64,000 nt of DNA from an uncultured Pseudomonadota bacterium. GTDB taxonomy: Bacteria; Pseudomonadota; Alphaproteobacteria; JACZXZ01. The notes below the pieces were generated by a model that ran no database searches, was not told the origin of the DNA, and saw only the letters and a list, made by a program, of their open reading frames with translations. The first letter of the stretch is position 1. Every line of letters begins with the position of its first letter. Location: positions 672,001-736,000 of the forward strand of contig CAVVLJ010000016.1 in assembly GCA_963749075.1 (NCBI GenBank), written 5' to 3'. Below are positions 1 through 9,655 of the stretch, one piece after another. The position numbers and the translations under genes are program-made.

Positions 1-252
1 CTCACCGGCACCGACGCCTGGAGCTGGGACGCGCCCTTCGTCCATACGCGGGAGCAATACCGCGAGACGGGCGACGCCTCGCTCATCTGGGAGGGCCACA
101 AGGCCGGGCGCGAGATCGGCTATTGCCATCTCGAGAAGCTGCACAATCTCGAGGTCCTGCCGTCGCGAGGCTTCGTCGTGAGCTGCTTTCCCGTCAAGAT
201 CCGCGGCGCCTCGGCGGGCTGGACCCGCGCCGTCGCCATCCTCGAGGACTGA
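1..252 (+). CDS. Cyclase (kynurenine formamidase-like) family protein, 5'-truncated by window edge
   Basis: Frame 1 reads LTGTDAWSWDAPF...IWEGHKAG...CHLEKLHNLE.LP..GF...CFPVKI.GASAGWTRAVAILED*, typical of the cyclase family C-terminus; not in ORF track. Confidence 0.85.
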   Translation, partial: LTGTDAWSWDAPFVHTREQYRETGDASLIWEGHKAGREIGYCHLEKLHNLEVLPSRGFVVSCFPVKIRGASAGWTRAVAILED

Positions 253-287
253 ACAAAACGCGCGACTAGAAGGGGGGAGTTCCAAGC

Positions 288-1217
288 ATGGCACGAAAGG
301 TCATCATCACCTGCGCGGTCACGGGCTCGATCCATACGCCCACCATGTCGCCGCATCTCCCGCTGACGCCCGACGAGATCGCGCGCGATTCCGTGGCGGC
401 GGCCGAGGCGGGCGCCTCGATCATCCACCTCCATGCGCGCGATCCCAAGACCGGCAAGCCGACGCCCGATCCCGCCGTCTTCATGGAGTTCCTGCCGCGC
501 ATCAAGCAGGGCTGCGATGCGGTGGTCAACATCACCACCGGCGGCGGCCAGGGCATGACGGTGCAAGAGCGCCTGGCCGCCCCCTTGCGCGCCAAGCCCG
601 AGATGACCTCGCTCAACATGGGCTCGATGAACTTCGGCCTCTACCCCATGCTGGCTCGCTACAAGGAGTGGAAGTACGATTGGGAGCCGGCGCACCTCGA
701 GGCTTCGCGAGATGCCATCTTCAGAAACACTTTCAAGGATATAGAGTATATCCTTAAGGAATTAGGCGAGGGTTGCGGGACGCGCTTCGAGTTCGAGTGC
801 TACGACATCGGCCACCTCTACAACCTTGCGCACTTTCTTGAGCGCGGCCTGGTCAAGCCGCCGCTCTTCGTGCAGACCATCTACGGCATCCTCGGCGGCA
901 TCGGCGCCGATCCCGAGAACCTCATGCACATGCGGCGCATCGCCGACAAGCTCTTCGGCGGCGATTACGAGTGGTCGATCCTCGCCGCCGGGCGCCACCA
1001 GATGAATTTCATCACCATGGGCGCCATCATGGGCGGCAACGTGCGCGTCGGGCTCGAGGATTCGCTCTATCTCGCCAAGGGCCAGCTCGCCAAGAGCAAC
1101 GCCGACCAGGTCGCCAAGATCAAGCGCATCATCGAGGAGCTCTCCCTCGAGGTGGCGACGCCCAAGGAGGCGCGCGCCATCCTCAAGCTCAAAGGCGGCG
1201 ACCAGGTGGCGTTCTGA
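288..1217 (+). CDS. Beta-keto acid cleavage enzyme (BKACE/DUF849, 3-keto-5-aminohexanoate cleavage-like)
   Basis: IITCAVTG, AGASIIHLHARDP (HxH metal site), SLNMGS, GGNVRVGLED; upstream GGGGAG SD. Confidence 0.92.
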   Translation: MARKVIITCAVTGSIHTPTMSPHLPLTPDEIARDSVAAAEAGASIIHLHARDPKTGKPTPDPAVFMEFLPRIKQGCDAVVNITTGGGQGMTVQERLAAPLRAKPEMTSLNMGSMNFGLYPMLARYKEWKYDWEPAHLEASRDAIFRNTFKDIEYILKELGEGCGTRFEFECYDIGHLYNLAHFLERGLVKPPLFVQTIYGILGGIGADPENLMHMRRIADKLFGGDYEWSILAAGRHQMNFITMGAIMGGNVRVGLEDSLYLAKGQLAKSNADQVAKIKRIIEELSLEVATPKEARAILKLKGGDQVAF

Positions 1218-1249
1218 GGAGACTTTGAGGAGGCTCGCAGTGCCATCGT

Positions 1250-1366
1250 GGGTCCTTCGAGACGCAACCTATCGAGTTGCTCGCTCAGGATGAGTCGAAT
1301 TCGTGTGTGGCAGAAAGACTTAGCCTCGTCCTGAGGAGCGAGCGCAGCGAGCGTCTCGAAGGACCC
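1250..1366. repeat. Inverted pair of CTC(A/G)TCCTGAG...CGTCTCGAAGGA REP-like palindromic repeats between convergent genes
   Basis: 1250-1294 GGGTCCTTCGAGACGC...GCTCGCTCAGGATGAG is the approximate reverse complement of 1325-1366 CTCGTCCTGAGGAGC...GCGTCTCGAAGGACCC. Confidence 0.8.
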
Positions 1367-1395
1367 GCCGCTTGCGGTCCCCGGCGCCCATCTCT

Positions 1396-2631
1396 TCAAC
1401 CCAAGAGCTCCGCGACCACATCCCTGAGCCTCCGCGTGCCGTCGCCGAGCATGGCGGGCTCGACTTTCGCCTTGAGCTCGACGAGCTTGCGCGCGAAGCG
1501 GATCTCGCCGCCCATGTTGAAGGCGGTGGCGCCGACGACCGCACCGCCCGCGAGATTGAAGCACATGAAGCGGCCGCTTGCCGGATCGCCGCGCAGAACG
1601 ACAGCATCGGTCGTGCGCGGTGCGCCCACCATCTGGATGTTGAACTCGTACTGATCGGACCAGAACCACGGCACTTCGGCGTAGGGCACGTGCGCCCCGC
1701 ACATGTTGCGCGCCGCGGCGATCGCCTGGTTCTGCGCGTTCTGCCAGGATTCGAGGCGCAGGCGGTGGCCGAGGAGCGGGTTCGGGTGATTGGCCACGTC
1801 GCCCGCCGCATAGACGTCGGCGACGCTCGTGCGGCAGCACTCGTCGACCACGACGCCGTCGTCGACCGCTGCACCCGCCGCGGCGGCGAGCTCTGAGTTG
1901 GGCTCGATGCCGACGGCGACGACGGCGAGATCGGCCGCGATGCGCGTGCCGTCCGCGAGCAAGACCGTCTCGAGGCGGCTCCCGCCGGCGATGCCGGTAG
2001 CCCTGGCGCCGAGGCGGAGCTCGACGCCCTTGGCACGGTGGATATCGGCGACGAAGCGCGCGATCTCCGGCGCCATGGCGCGGTCGAGAAGATGGGGCTG
2101 GAGCTCGATGAGCGTGACCGCGAGACCGAGCTTCCTGGCACTCGCCGCCACCTCGAGGCCGAGGAAGCCTCCGCCGATGACGGCTAAGCGCCCGGCCGAC
2201 TTGAGCGCCGCGGCGAGCGCCATGGAATCCTCGACGGTACGCAGATAGAAGACGCCGGGCGTTCCGATGGGTGCAAAGGGAAGCGTGCGCACGCGCCCGC
2301 CCGTCGCGAGGAGGAGCTTCCGATAGGCAATGCGGCGGCCGTCCGCGAGGATGACGTTTCTCGCGCCCGCATCGAGGGCCGCCGCCCGCCTGCCGGTCAA
2401 GAGCTCGATGCCATGCTCGGCATAGAAGCCGGCCGGCAGCAGCGCGGTCGAGCTTGCCGGCTTGTCGCCCGTGAGCACGGCCTTGGAGAGCGGCGGCCGC
2501 TCGTAAGGCTGGCTCGCCTCCTCGCCGATGAGGAGGACACGCCCGGCGAAGCCCGCTTTGCGCATCGCCTCGGCGGCACGTCCGCCGGCCTGGCCGGCGC
2601 CGACGATGACGAAGCCCGCCTCCTCGGCCAT
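1396..2631 (-). CDS. FAD/NAD(P)H-dependent ferredoxin reductase (Rieske/P450 electron-transfer type)
   Basis: GAGQAG, PYERPPLSK, GGGFLGLE, YAAGD, RLESWQNA, PWFWSDQY; start MAEEAGF at 2631. Confidence 0.93.
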   Translation of the reverse strand: MAEEAGFVIVGAGQAGGRAAEAMRKAGFAGRVLLIGEEASQPYERPPLSKAVLTGDKPASSTALLPAGFYAEHGIELLTGRRAAALDAGARNVILADGRRIAYRKLLLATGGRVRTLPFAPIGTPGVFYLRTVEDSMALAAALKSAGRLAVIGGGFLGLEVAASARKLGLAVTLIELQPHLLDRAMAPEIARFVADIHRAKGVELRLGARATGIAGGSRLETVLLADGTRIAADLAVVAVGIEPNSELAAAAGAAVDDGVVVDECCRTSVADVYAAGDVANHPNPLLGHRLRLESWQNAQNQAIAAARNMCGAHVPYAEVPWFWSDQYEFNIQMVGAPRTTDAVVLRGDPASGRFMCFNLAGGAVVGATAFNMGGEIRFARKLVELKAKVEPAMLGDGTRRLRDVVAELLG

Positions 2632-2639
2632 GCGGGGGA

Positions 2640-2954
2640 TTACGCCTCCGGCAGATCGACGAGGATCTGGCCGCCCTCGGTCTTGACCGCGAAGGTCCTG
2701 ATCGGCTCGCTCGCAGGTGCCGCGCGCACCTCGCCGCTCGCGATGTGGAAGCGCGCCTGGTGCAGCGGACACTCGATGCAGTCGCCCTCGATATAACCGT
2801 CGGAGAGGAGGGCGAATTCGTGGGTGCACACGTTGCTGGTGGCGTAGAAGGCGCCGCCCAGCTTGTAGATCGCCACCGGCTCGCCGTCGACTACGACGCC
2901 GATGACCTCGTTCTCGGGCACCTCGTCCGCTCGCGCCGCCACGTGCCAGGCCAT
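2640..2954 (-). CDS. Rieske-type [2Fe-2S] ferredoxin
   Basis: CTHE...IECPLHQARF Rieske motif, about 104 aa. Confidence 0.93.
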   Translation of the reverse strand: MAWHVAARADEVPENEVIGVVVDGEPVAIYKLGGAFYATSNVCTHEFALLSDGYIEGDCIECPLHQARFHIASGEVRAAPASEPIRTFAVKTEGGQILVDLPEA

Positions 2955-3026
2955 GCCGCTCTTCCTCCCCCTCAGCACCGGCGCAGCACGCTAAGTGCAA
3001 AGGTGCGGCCCGTCAACGGGCGTGAT

Positions 3027-3160
3027 CCCCTCTCCTCCTTTAGGAGGAGAGGGTAAGGGTGAGGAGGTGGACGTGCAAAACATGTCGTCGGCACCGGGGC
3101 CTCCTCACCTTCCCATCCCTTCGGGATGGGCCCCTTCCTCTCCTCCTAAAGGAGGAGAGG
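3027..3160. repeat. Gene-less inverted doublet of the DUF559-associated hairpin repeat
   Basis: CCCTCTCCTCC-ttta-GGAGGAGAGGG-taag-GGTGAGGAGG ... CCTCCTCACC-tt-CCCATCCC-ttc-GGGATGGG-cccctt-CCTCTCCTCC-taaa-GGAGGAGAGG; same hairpin sequence as the ends of 28386-28870. Confidence 0.9.
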
Positions 3161-3176
3161 AGAGCTGCCTTCACGC

Positions 3177-3890
3177 CTAGTCGAGACCGAGGTAGATGTG
3201 CTGCACCTGGGGATCGTCGGCGAGCTTGGCGGCGGGACCCTCGAGCACGGTGCGCCCGGTCTGCAGCACGTAGGCGTAGTCGGCGACCTCGAGCGCCAGC
3301 TGGATCGACTGCTCGGCCAAGAGGAGGGTGAGGCCGGCCTCGTGCAGCCGGCCGAGCGTCTCGTAGAGCGCCTCGACGATGGCGGGGGCGAGGCCCAAGC
3401 TCGGCTCGTCGAGGAGGAGGAGCCTGGGCTCGCTCATGAGCGCGCGGCCGAGCGCCAGCATCTGCCGCTCGCCGCCCGAGAGCGTGCCGGCGCGCTGGGC
3501 GCGGCGCTCCTTGAGCCGCGGGAAGAGCGTATAGACGCGATCCAAGAGGGCAGGTGCCCGTGCCTTGTCGGCGAGCGGCGTGGTGCCGAGCTTGAGGTTC
3601 TGCTCGACGGTCTGGCCGGTGAAGAGGCGCCAGCCCTCGGGCGAGAGTGCCAAGCCCTTGCGCACGATGGCGTAAGCCGGGAGGGCTGCGATGCTCTCCT
3701 CCTGCCATTCGATGCGGCCCTTGCTCGCCGGCACGAGGCCGGCGATGGCATTGAGCGTCGTCGTCTTGCCGGCGCCGTTCGAGCCTAGGAGGGCCACGAT
3801 CGAGCCCGGCCTCACCTCGAGCGAGACGTCGGCCACGCCGACGAGATCGCCGTAGCGCACCTCGAGATGCTCGACCTTGAGGAGGTCCAC
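3177..3890 (-). CDS. ABC transporter ATP-binding protein, LivF-like
   Basis: GSNGAGKTT, LSGGERQML, LLLLDEPSLGLAP; GTG start inferred. Confidence 0.92.
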   Translation of the reverse strand: MDLLKVEHLEVRYGDLVGVADVSLEVRPGSIVALLGSNGAGKTTTLNAIAGLVPASKGRIEWQEESIAALPAYAIVRKGLALSPEGWRLFTGQTVEQNLKLGTTPLADKARAPALLDRVYTLFPRLKERRAQRAGTLSGGERQMLALGRALMSEPRLLLLDEPSLGLAPAIVEALYETLGRLHEAGLTLLLAEQSIQLALEVADYAYVLQTGRTVLEGPAAKLADDPQVQHIYLGLD

Positions 3891-3898
3891 GGCCGCCC

Positions 3899-4633
3899 TC
3901 AGGCCTGGCCGCTGCGCCGCGCGTGGGCGCGCCCGAGATAGGCGTCGATCACCGCCGGGTTGCCCACCACCTCCTTGGGCGTGCCCTCGGCGATGACGCG
4001 GCCCTGGTTGAAGACGACGACGCGCTCGGCGAGCGTCAGGATGACCTCCATGATGTGCTCGACGATGACGAGCGTGGTGCCGAGGCGGTGGATGGCGCGC
4101 ACCAGCTCGATCGCCTGGTGGACCTCCGCGGGAGTCAAGCCCGCAAGCGCCTCGTCGAGCAGCAGGAGACGCGGCTCGGTCGCCATCACGCGCGCGATCT
4201 CGAGACGCTTGCGGCCAGGCGTGCCGAGGCTCTTCGCCTTCTGCCCGGCGGCTCCCTCGAGGCCGGTCAGCGCGAGTGTGCGCCTTGCCGCCTCGCGCGC
4301 GTGATGCTCGCGCGGGTGGCGCAGGAAGGCGCCGACCATGACGTTCTCGAGGATGGTCATCTCCTCGAAAGTCTGCGGCACCTGGAAGGTGCGGCCGATG
4401 CCGAGCCGCGCGTGGGCCTCGGGCGAGGCGTTGGTGATGTCGACGCCGTCGCACAGCACGCGCCCGGCGGTCGGCTTGAGCTCGCCGGCAAGGCAATTGA
4501 AGAAGGTCGACTTGCCGGCGCCGTTGGGGCCGATGAGGCCGATGATCTCGCCCTCGCCCACCGCGAGGCTGGCGTCCGCGACCGCGAGGAAGCCACCGAA
4601 GGCCTTGCTCACTCCCTCCGCCTTAAGCAGCAC
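3899..4633 (-). CDS. ABC transporter ATP-binding protein, LivG-like
   Basis: GPNGAGKST, RTFQ, LLLLDE, VEH, AYLG; GTG start inferred. Confidence 0.92.
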   Translation of the reverse strand: MLLKAEGVSKAFGGFLAVADASLAVGEGEIIGLIGPNGAGKSTFFNCLAGELKPTAGRVLCDGVDITNASPEAHARLGIGRTFQVPQTFEEMTILENVMVGAFLRHPREHHAREAARRTLALTGLEGAAGQKAKSLGTPGRKRLEIARVMATEPRLLLLDEALAGLTPAEVHQAIELVRAIHRLGTTLVIVEHIMEVILTLAERVVVFNQGRVIAEGTPKEVVGNPAVIDAYLGRAHARRSGQA

Positions 4634-5630
4634 GGCCGCCTCCGGCGCTGTCGAGGCTGCGTACCCTGGCCGCGCGCGCGTCGCGCCGCGCGGCAAAGCG
4701 CTCCCACAGCTCGAGCAGGCCGCCCGGCTCGAAGCGCGCCAAGATCATGATGATGCCGCCATAGAGGATGAAGGCGAGGCCGGTGCCCTCGCCGCCGAAG
4801 AGGCTGTTGGTCGTGGTCTGCAGCGGCACCAGGATGACGGCGCCGAGGAGGGGACCCAAGAGCCGCCCCGCACCTCCCAAGGCCGCCATCACGATCATCT
4901 GCACCGAGACGAGGATGCCGAAGGCGCTCGTGGGATCGACGAAGCCGAACTTGGCGGCATAGAGCGAGCCCGCGAGCGAGGTGAAGGCAGCGCTCAGCAT
5001 GAGCGCATAGAGCTTGCAGCGGCTGACCGGCACGCCGAGGCTGCGCGCCGCGCGCTCGCCGGCGCGGATCGCGCGCAGGTAATAGCCGAAGCGGCTGCGC
5101 TCCAGCCGCCACGTGAGATAGAGCAGCAGCGCCAGCACCGCGAGGAAGATGTAGTAGTAGGGCACCGAGCTGCGATAGACGAGGTCCCACCAGCCGCGCG
5201 GCGTCGCCGGCCCCATGAGCCCGATGGCGGCACCGAGGAAATCCCAGCTGCCGACCAGGATGCGCACGAGCTCGGCGACGGCGATGGTCGCCATGCTGAA
5301 GTAATGGCCGGAGAGGCGGAAGGTGGGCACGCCGACGACGGCGGCGATCGCGACGCTCACCGCGACGCCGGCGGGAAAGCCCAGCAGCGGGCTCGCCGCC
5401 CACAGCTTGTAGAAGAGGAGCGGCATATAGGCACCGGCGCCGAAGAACACGGCGTGGCCGACCGAGACCTGGCCGGCGTAGCCGCCGACGAGGTTCCAGG
5501 CCGAGGCCGAGATCGCCGAGAGGATGACGAAAGCGGCGAGCTGCTCGTAATAGGGGTTGGTGAAGACGAGGGGAAAGGCGAGGAAGACGCCTGCGAGGAC
5601 GAGCCAGCCGATGAGCGGCCGCGTCGGCAC
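4623..5630 (-). CDS. Branched-chain amino acid-type ABC permease, LivM-like
   Basis: WNLVGGYAGQVSVGHAVFFGAGAY, YFSMATIA, GGAG; hydrophobic. Confidence 0.9.
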   Translation of the reverse strand: MPTRPLIGWLVLAGVFLAFPLVFTNPYYEQLAAFVILSAISASAWNLVGGYAGQVSVGHAVFFGAGAYMPLLFYKLWAASPLLGFPAGVAVSVAIAAVVGVPTFRLSGHYFSMATIAVAELVRILVGSWDFLGAAIGLMGPATPRGWWDLVYRSSVPYYYIFLAVLALLLYLTWRLERSRFGYYLRAIRAGERAARSLGVPVSRCKLYALMLSAAFTSLAGSLYAAKFGFVDPTSAFGILVSVQMIVMAALGGAGRLLGPLLGAVILVPLQTTTNSLFGGEGTGLAFILYGGIIMILARFEPGGLLELWERFAARRDARAARVRSLDSAGGGRAA

Positions 5631-6488
5631 TTAGGCCTTCCCCAAAAGGCCGTGCGGGCGCACCCAGAGGATGACGACGAAGAGCCCGAAGACGAAGACG
5701 TCCTGGTAGACCGGTCCGAAATAGAAGGCGGAGAGCGCCTCGATGAGGCCGATCATGAGGCCGGCGATGAGCGCCCCCGGCACGCTGCCGAAGCCGCCGA
5801 GCGTCACCGTCACGAAGGCGATGAGGGCGAGCGATTCGCCGACCGTCGGCGAGATGGGGAAGAAGGTGGCGATGAGGGCGCCGGCGATCCCGGCGGAGGC
5901 GCCCGAGAGGCCCCAGGCGAACGCCTGCATGCGGTCGGGCCTGATGCCCATCAGCATGGCCGCCTGGCGGTCCTCGGCCACGGCGAGGATGCGGCTGCCG
6001 AGTGCGGTGCGCGTCAAGAGGAGGTGCATCCCGATGGTCAAGAGGATGGCGACGATGCCGGCCGCGAACTTGGGGCCGCTCACGAGGATGCCGCCCAGGT
6101 TCAGGCCGCGGCCGAAGAGGCCCTCGGGCAGCGTCACGAAGTTGGCCGAGAAGGCCCAGAAGGCGCTGTAGCGCAGCAGCAGGAGGAGGCCGAAGGTCGA
6201 GAGGATCTGGGCCAGCATGGGCCCGCGCATGACGTGCCGGATGAGCGCCATGTAGACGAGCACGCCGAGGATGAAGAGCAGCACGGCGGCGAGCGGAGCG
6301 AAGGCGGCGGGACCGAGATGCGCGAGCGTGAAGGCCCAGAACGCGACATACATGCCCAGCATGACGAATTCGCCGTGGGCGAAGTTGATCACGTTCATCA
6401 TGCCCCAGATGAGCGTGAGCCCGGACGAGAAGAGCGCGTAGACGGCACCGATCAGGAGACCGCCGACGATCACCTGGAGCAGAATCAT
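5631..6488 (-). CDS. Branched-chain amino acid-type ABC permease, LivH-like
   Basis: GLTLIWGMMNVINFAHGEFVMLG, GGFGS, RPHGLLG. Confidence 0.92.
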   Translation of the reverse strand: MILLQVIVGGLLIGAVYALFSSGLTLIWGMMNVINFAHGEFVMLGMYVAFWAFTLAHLGPAAFAPLAAVLLFILGVLVYMALIRHVMRGPMLAQILSTFGLLLLLRYSAFWAFSANFVTLPEGLFGRGLNLGGILVSGPKFAAGIVAILLTIGMHLLLTRTALGSRILAVAEDRQAAMLMGIRPDRMQAFAWGLSGASAGIAGALIATFFPISPTVGESLALIAFVTVTLGGFGSVPGALIAGLMIGLIEALSAFYFGPVYQDVFVFGLFVVILWVRPHGLLGKA

Positions 6489-6494
6489 CCGCCG

Positions 6495-7736
6495 TTAATT
6501 CCAGCCCTTGAAGGGATATTCGATCGCGTGCTGCGCCGCTTTGGCGGGCCAGACCGCGATGTATTGGCTGCCGAAGAGCTGGATGAGATAGGTGGCGGCG
6601 AGCACGTTCTGGCCGGTCTGGTCGAAGCGCACGCCCTTGAAGCCCATGATGAGCTGCTCGGGCTTGAGGTCGGTCGCCTGGAGCGCCTTCTGGATCGCCT
6701 CGGGCTTGGTCGAGCCCGCGCGGTTGATGGCGTCGGCGAGGACGAACATGGCCTGCATGCCGCGCGCACTGGTGTCGTCCAGGTCCTGCCCGGTCTTGGC
6801 CTTGTACATCTCGTTGATGCGCCAGGTGGTGCTGTCCTTGGGTCCCACGTCCCAGGCGCTGCGGTTGATGATGCCCTGGGAGATGTCGCCGACCGCCTTG
6901 ACGAAGGCGGGATCGGAGAAGCCGGCGTCGTCGGCGATGACGAGCTTCGGCAGGTAGCCCAGGCTCTTCATCGTCTTCATGTAGAGGATGGCGTCGGCGG
7001 TGTAGGAGATGAAGACCACGGCGTCGGGGTTCTTCTCCTTGAGCTCCAGCACCTGGGGCGAGACGTTGGCGCCGTTGGCATTGTAGGCGATGTCGGCGAC
7101 CACGGTGATGCCGTGGGCCTTGGCCGAGTCGCGCACCGTGCCGGAGACCGAGGTGCCGTAGTCGGTATTCTCGTAGACCAGCCCCAGCGTGCCCGCCGGA
7201 TGCCCCGCCTTCTTCATGTCGGCGAGGAATTCCATGTAGTTGTTGCCGAAGTCGCTGGCGATGGGCGTGGTGCGGAAGATCCACTTGAAGCCGCGGCTGG
7301 TGATGTTGGCGGCCACCGAATCGCCGACCACGAAGGGAATGCCGTAGCGCTCCGCGACCGCGGTCGCGGTGAAGGTGACGCTCGAGTGGTAGCTCCCCAG
7401 CATGGCCGCGACATGCTCCTGGGTGATCAGGCGCAGCGTCTGGTTCTGGCCCTCGGTCGGGTTGCCCTGATGGTCCGCCGCGAGGATCTTGAGCTTGGCG
7501 CCGCCCAGGTTGGGCAGCCCCGGCACCGTGCCGATCGGCAGGTTCTTCAGCTCCGGATGGCCCTGGTCGATGATGTCGGCGGCCACCTCGATCGCCGCCA
7601 GCTCGGCCTTGCCGGCACTCGCGGAATTGCCGCTGAGCGGCATGATGACGCCGATCTTCACGTCCTCCGCCGCATGGGCGGCGGCGCCAAAGCCGAGTGC
7701 TGCCGCGAGGGCCGCACAGAATAGCCGGTTGATCAT
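6495..7736 (-). CDS. ABC transporter periplasmic substrate-binding protein (Leu/Ile/Val-binding family)
   Basis: Signal peptide (AAHA), KIGVIMPLSG, GSYHSS, ENTDYG; heads the liv-type operon. Confidence 0.9.
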   Translation of the reverse strand: MINRLFCAALAAALGFGAAAHAAEDVKIGVIMPLSGNSASAGKAELAAIEVAADIIDQGHPELKNLPIGTVPGLPNLGGAKLKILAADHQGNPTEGQNQTLRLITQEHVAAMLGSYHSSVTFTATAVAERYGIPFVVGDSVAANITSRGFKWIFRTTPIASDFGNNYMEFLADMKKAGHPAGTLGLVYENTDYGTSVSGTVRDSAKAHGITVVADIAYNANGANVSPQVLELKEKNPDAVVFISYTADAILYMKTMKSLGYLPKLVIADDAGFSDPAFVKAVGDISQGIINRSAWDVGPKDSTTWRINEMYKAKTGQDLDDTSARGMQAMFVLADAINRAGSTKPEAIQKALQATDLKPEQLIMGFKGVRFDQTGQNVLAATYLIQLFGSQYIAVWPAKAAQHAIEYPFKGWN

Positions 7737-7833
7737 TTTCCGCTCCCTGTTCGCGGCGCGTAGACCGCCTTGCTCATTATGCGACTGAGCAGCTTAACCT
7801 ATTGAGCATTTTGTTCCAGCCTTGTCGAGTGTC

Positions 7834-7896
7834 TTCCCTCTCCCGTTTACGGGAGAGGGAAGGGGCCCATCGCAAAGCGATGGGAAGGGTGAGGGA
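7834..7896. repeat. Single copy of hairpin+GGTGAGG repeat
   Basis: TTCCCTCTCCCG-ttta-CGGGAGAGGGAA-gggg-CCCATCGC-aaa-GCGATGGG-AAGGGTGAGGGA, right at the hydantoinase B stop. Confidence 0.88.
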
Positions 7897-7900
7897 GCGC

Positions 7901-9646
7901 TCAGCCGCCGCTATTGCGCAGCGCCGCCGTGCGCGCCCGATCGACGCCGCCCCCGGCCGTGAGCGCCACTTTGTAGACCGTCTCCGCCGTCTCGCGCGAG
8001 ACGATGCCGTCGCGCACGTCCGCGGCGACGCGCTCCGGCTCGCGCCTCTCGGGCGAACCGAAGCCGCCGCCGCCCGGAAGCTCCAGGCGGATGCGGTCGC
8101 GCGGCGGCACGGTCTGGCGGCCCTTGGGCCGGATCGGCCGGCCGGAGACGAGGCTCACCCGGCCCGGCGCACCGCTGAGCCCGCCGTTGCGGCCGCGCGC
8201 GGGGTTCTTCACGCGCTCGAAATTGCACAGCAGGCTAAGCGGCGAGCCGTCGGCGCCGCCGATCTCGATGACCTGGCCGAGCCCGCCGCGGCTCGTACCG
8301 GCGCCGCCCGAGCCCTCGCGGAACTCGCGGCGCCAGAAGACGATGGGCGCCACCGTCTCGGTGGCCTCGACCGGGATGGTGCGCACGCCGCTCGGGAAGG
8401 CGGTCACGTCGAGGCCGTCCTTGGTCGGCCTGGCGCCCGAGCCGCCGCAGTGGAAGATCACCGTCGAGAACTGCGGCAGGCTCGCGGGGTCGGTGCCCTC
8501 CTCGACCTCGTCGACCATGGAGCCGCCGCCGTAGATCTGCGGGTTCCACAAGGAGGAGGCGCCCTCGGCCGGCACGCCGCCCTTGATCACCTGGTGGAGG
8601 CAGCCGAACACCGCGTCGGGCAGCATGTGGCCGACGGTGTGGCGGGCGGCGACCGCCCACGGCCGCCTGACGTTGAGCACCGAGCCCTCGGGTGCGGAGA
8701 CCGTGATGGTCTCGAGCGAGCCTGCGTTGTTGGGCACCTCGGGCGCTACCAGCACGCGCACGCCGAAGGCGGTATAGGCCGTGCAGTAGTTCATCACCAC
8801 GTTGATGCCGTAGGCGCTGGCCGGCGAGGTGCCGGCATAGTCGACGTGGATGCCGTCGTAGCCGATCGTCATGGTGGCGGCGAGCGTCAGCGGCTTGTCG
8901 TAGCCGTCCATGGTGACGACGTTCTTGTAAGTGCCGGGCTTGAGCTTGCGGATGGCGTTGAGCGTGGCCTGGCGCGACGCCTCGATGATCTGGTCGCCGA
9001 GCGCCTCCACGTCCTCGAGCTCGAACTCGCCCATCATGTCGAGGAGGCGGCGGCCGCCCTCCTCGTTGCAGGCGGCGCAGGCGAAGATGTCGCCCTCGAC
9101 CTGGAAGGGCTCGCGCACGTTGGCGCGCACGATGGCGAGGAGGTCCTGGTTGAACTCGCCGCGCCGCGCGAGCGGCATGATGGGGAGCGCCAGCCCCTCC
9201 TCGAAGACCTGGCGGCCGTCCGGCCCCATGCCGAGGCCGCCGATGTCGACGACGTGGATGGTGTTGGCGAAGAGCGCCACGGCGCGGCCGTCCTTGAAGG
9301 TCGGCGTCACCACCGTGATGTCGTGGAGGTGGCCCGAGGTGAGCCAGGGGTCGTTGGTGATGTAGTGGTCGCCCTCCCGCATGCCGTCGATGGGGTAGAC
9401 GGCGAGGAAATGCTTGACCCCCATGGCCATCGAGTTGACGTGGCCGGGCGTGCCGGTGACGGCCTGGGCCAGCATGCGGCCCTCTCGGTCGAAGACGCCG
9501 GCCGAGAGGTCGCCCGCCTCGCGCACCGAGGTCGAGAAGGCGGTGCGCATGAGGGTCTGGGCCTGCTCCTCGACGACGGCGATGAGCCGGCTCCACATGA
9601 TCTGCATGTGGATCTGGGAGAGCGCGGTGTTGCTTGCTACGGCCAT
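7901..9646 (-). CDS. Hydantoinase B/oxoprolinase family protein
   Basis: RTAFSTSVREAGDLS, TNDPW..SGHLHD, HVVDIGG, EEGL, GSGGAG..RGGLG, PGGGGFG. Confidence 0.92.
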   Translation of the reverse strand: MAVASNTALSQIHMQIMWSRLIAVVEEQAQTLMRTAFSTSVREAGDLSAGVFDREGRMLAQAVTGTPGHVNSMAMGVKHFLAVYPIDGMREGDHYITNDPWLTSGHLHDITVVTPTFKDGRAVALFANTIHVVDIGGLGMGPDGRQVFEEGLALPIMPLARRGEFNQDLLAIVRANVREPFQVEGDIFACAACNEEGGRRLLDMMGEFELEDVEALGDQIIEASRQATLNAIRKLKPGTYKNVVTMDGYDKPLTLAATMTIGYDGIHVDYAGTSPASAYGINVVMNYCTAYTAFGVRVLVAPEVPNNAGSLETITVSAPEGSVLNVRRPWAVAARHTVGHMLPDAVFGCLHQVIKGGVPAEGASSLWNPQIYGGGSMVDEVEEGTDPASLPQFSTVIFHCGGSGARPTKDGLDVTAFPSGVRTIPVEATETVAPIVFWRREFREGSGGAGTSRGGLGQVIEIGGADGSPLSLLCNFERVKNPARGRNGGLSGAPGRVSLVSGRPIRPKGRQTVPPRDRIRLELPGGGGFGSPERREPERVAADVRDGIVSRETAETVYKVALTAGGGVDRARTAALRNSGG

Positions 9647-9655
9647 GGCGGTACG

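Noticed and set aside
735-762. AT-rich palindrome as dif, parS or CtrA site
   Set aside because: Does not match XerC/D arms, GTTTCACGTGAAAC or TTAA-N7-TTAA.
4338-7724. 1128-aa plus-strand ORF, and similar long ORFs at 7802-9829, 9848-11959, 26647-28341, 39289-41484 and 59627-61816
   Set aside because: Antisense shadows of well-supported genes; stop-poor frames are expected at this GC content, and they show no motifs.
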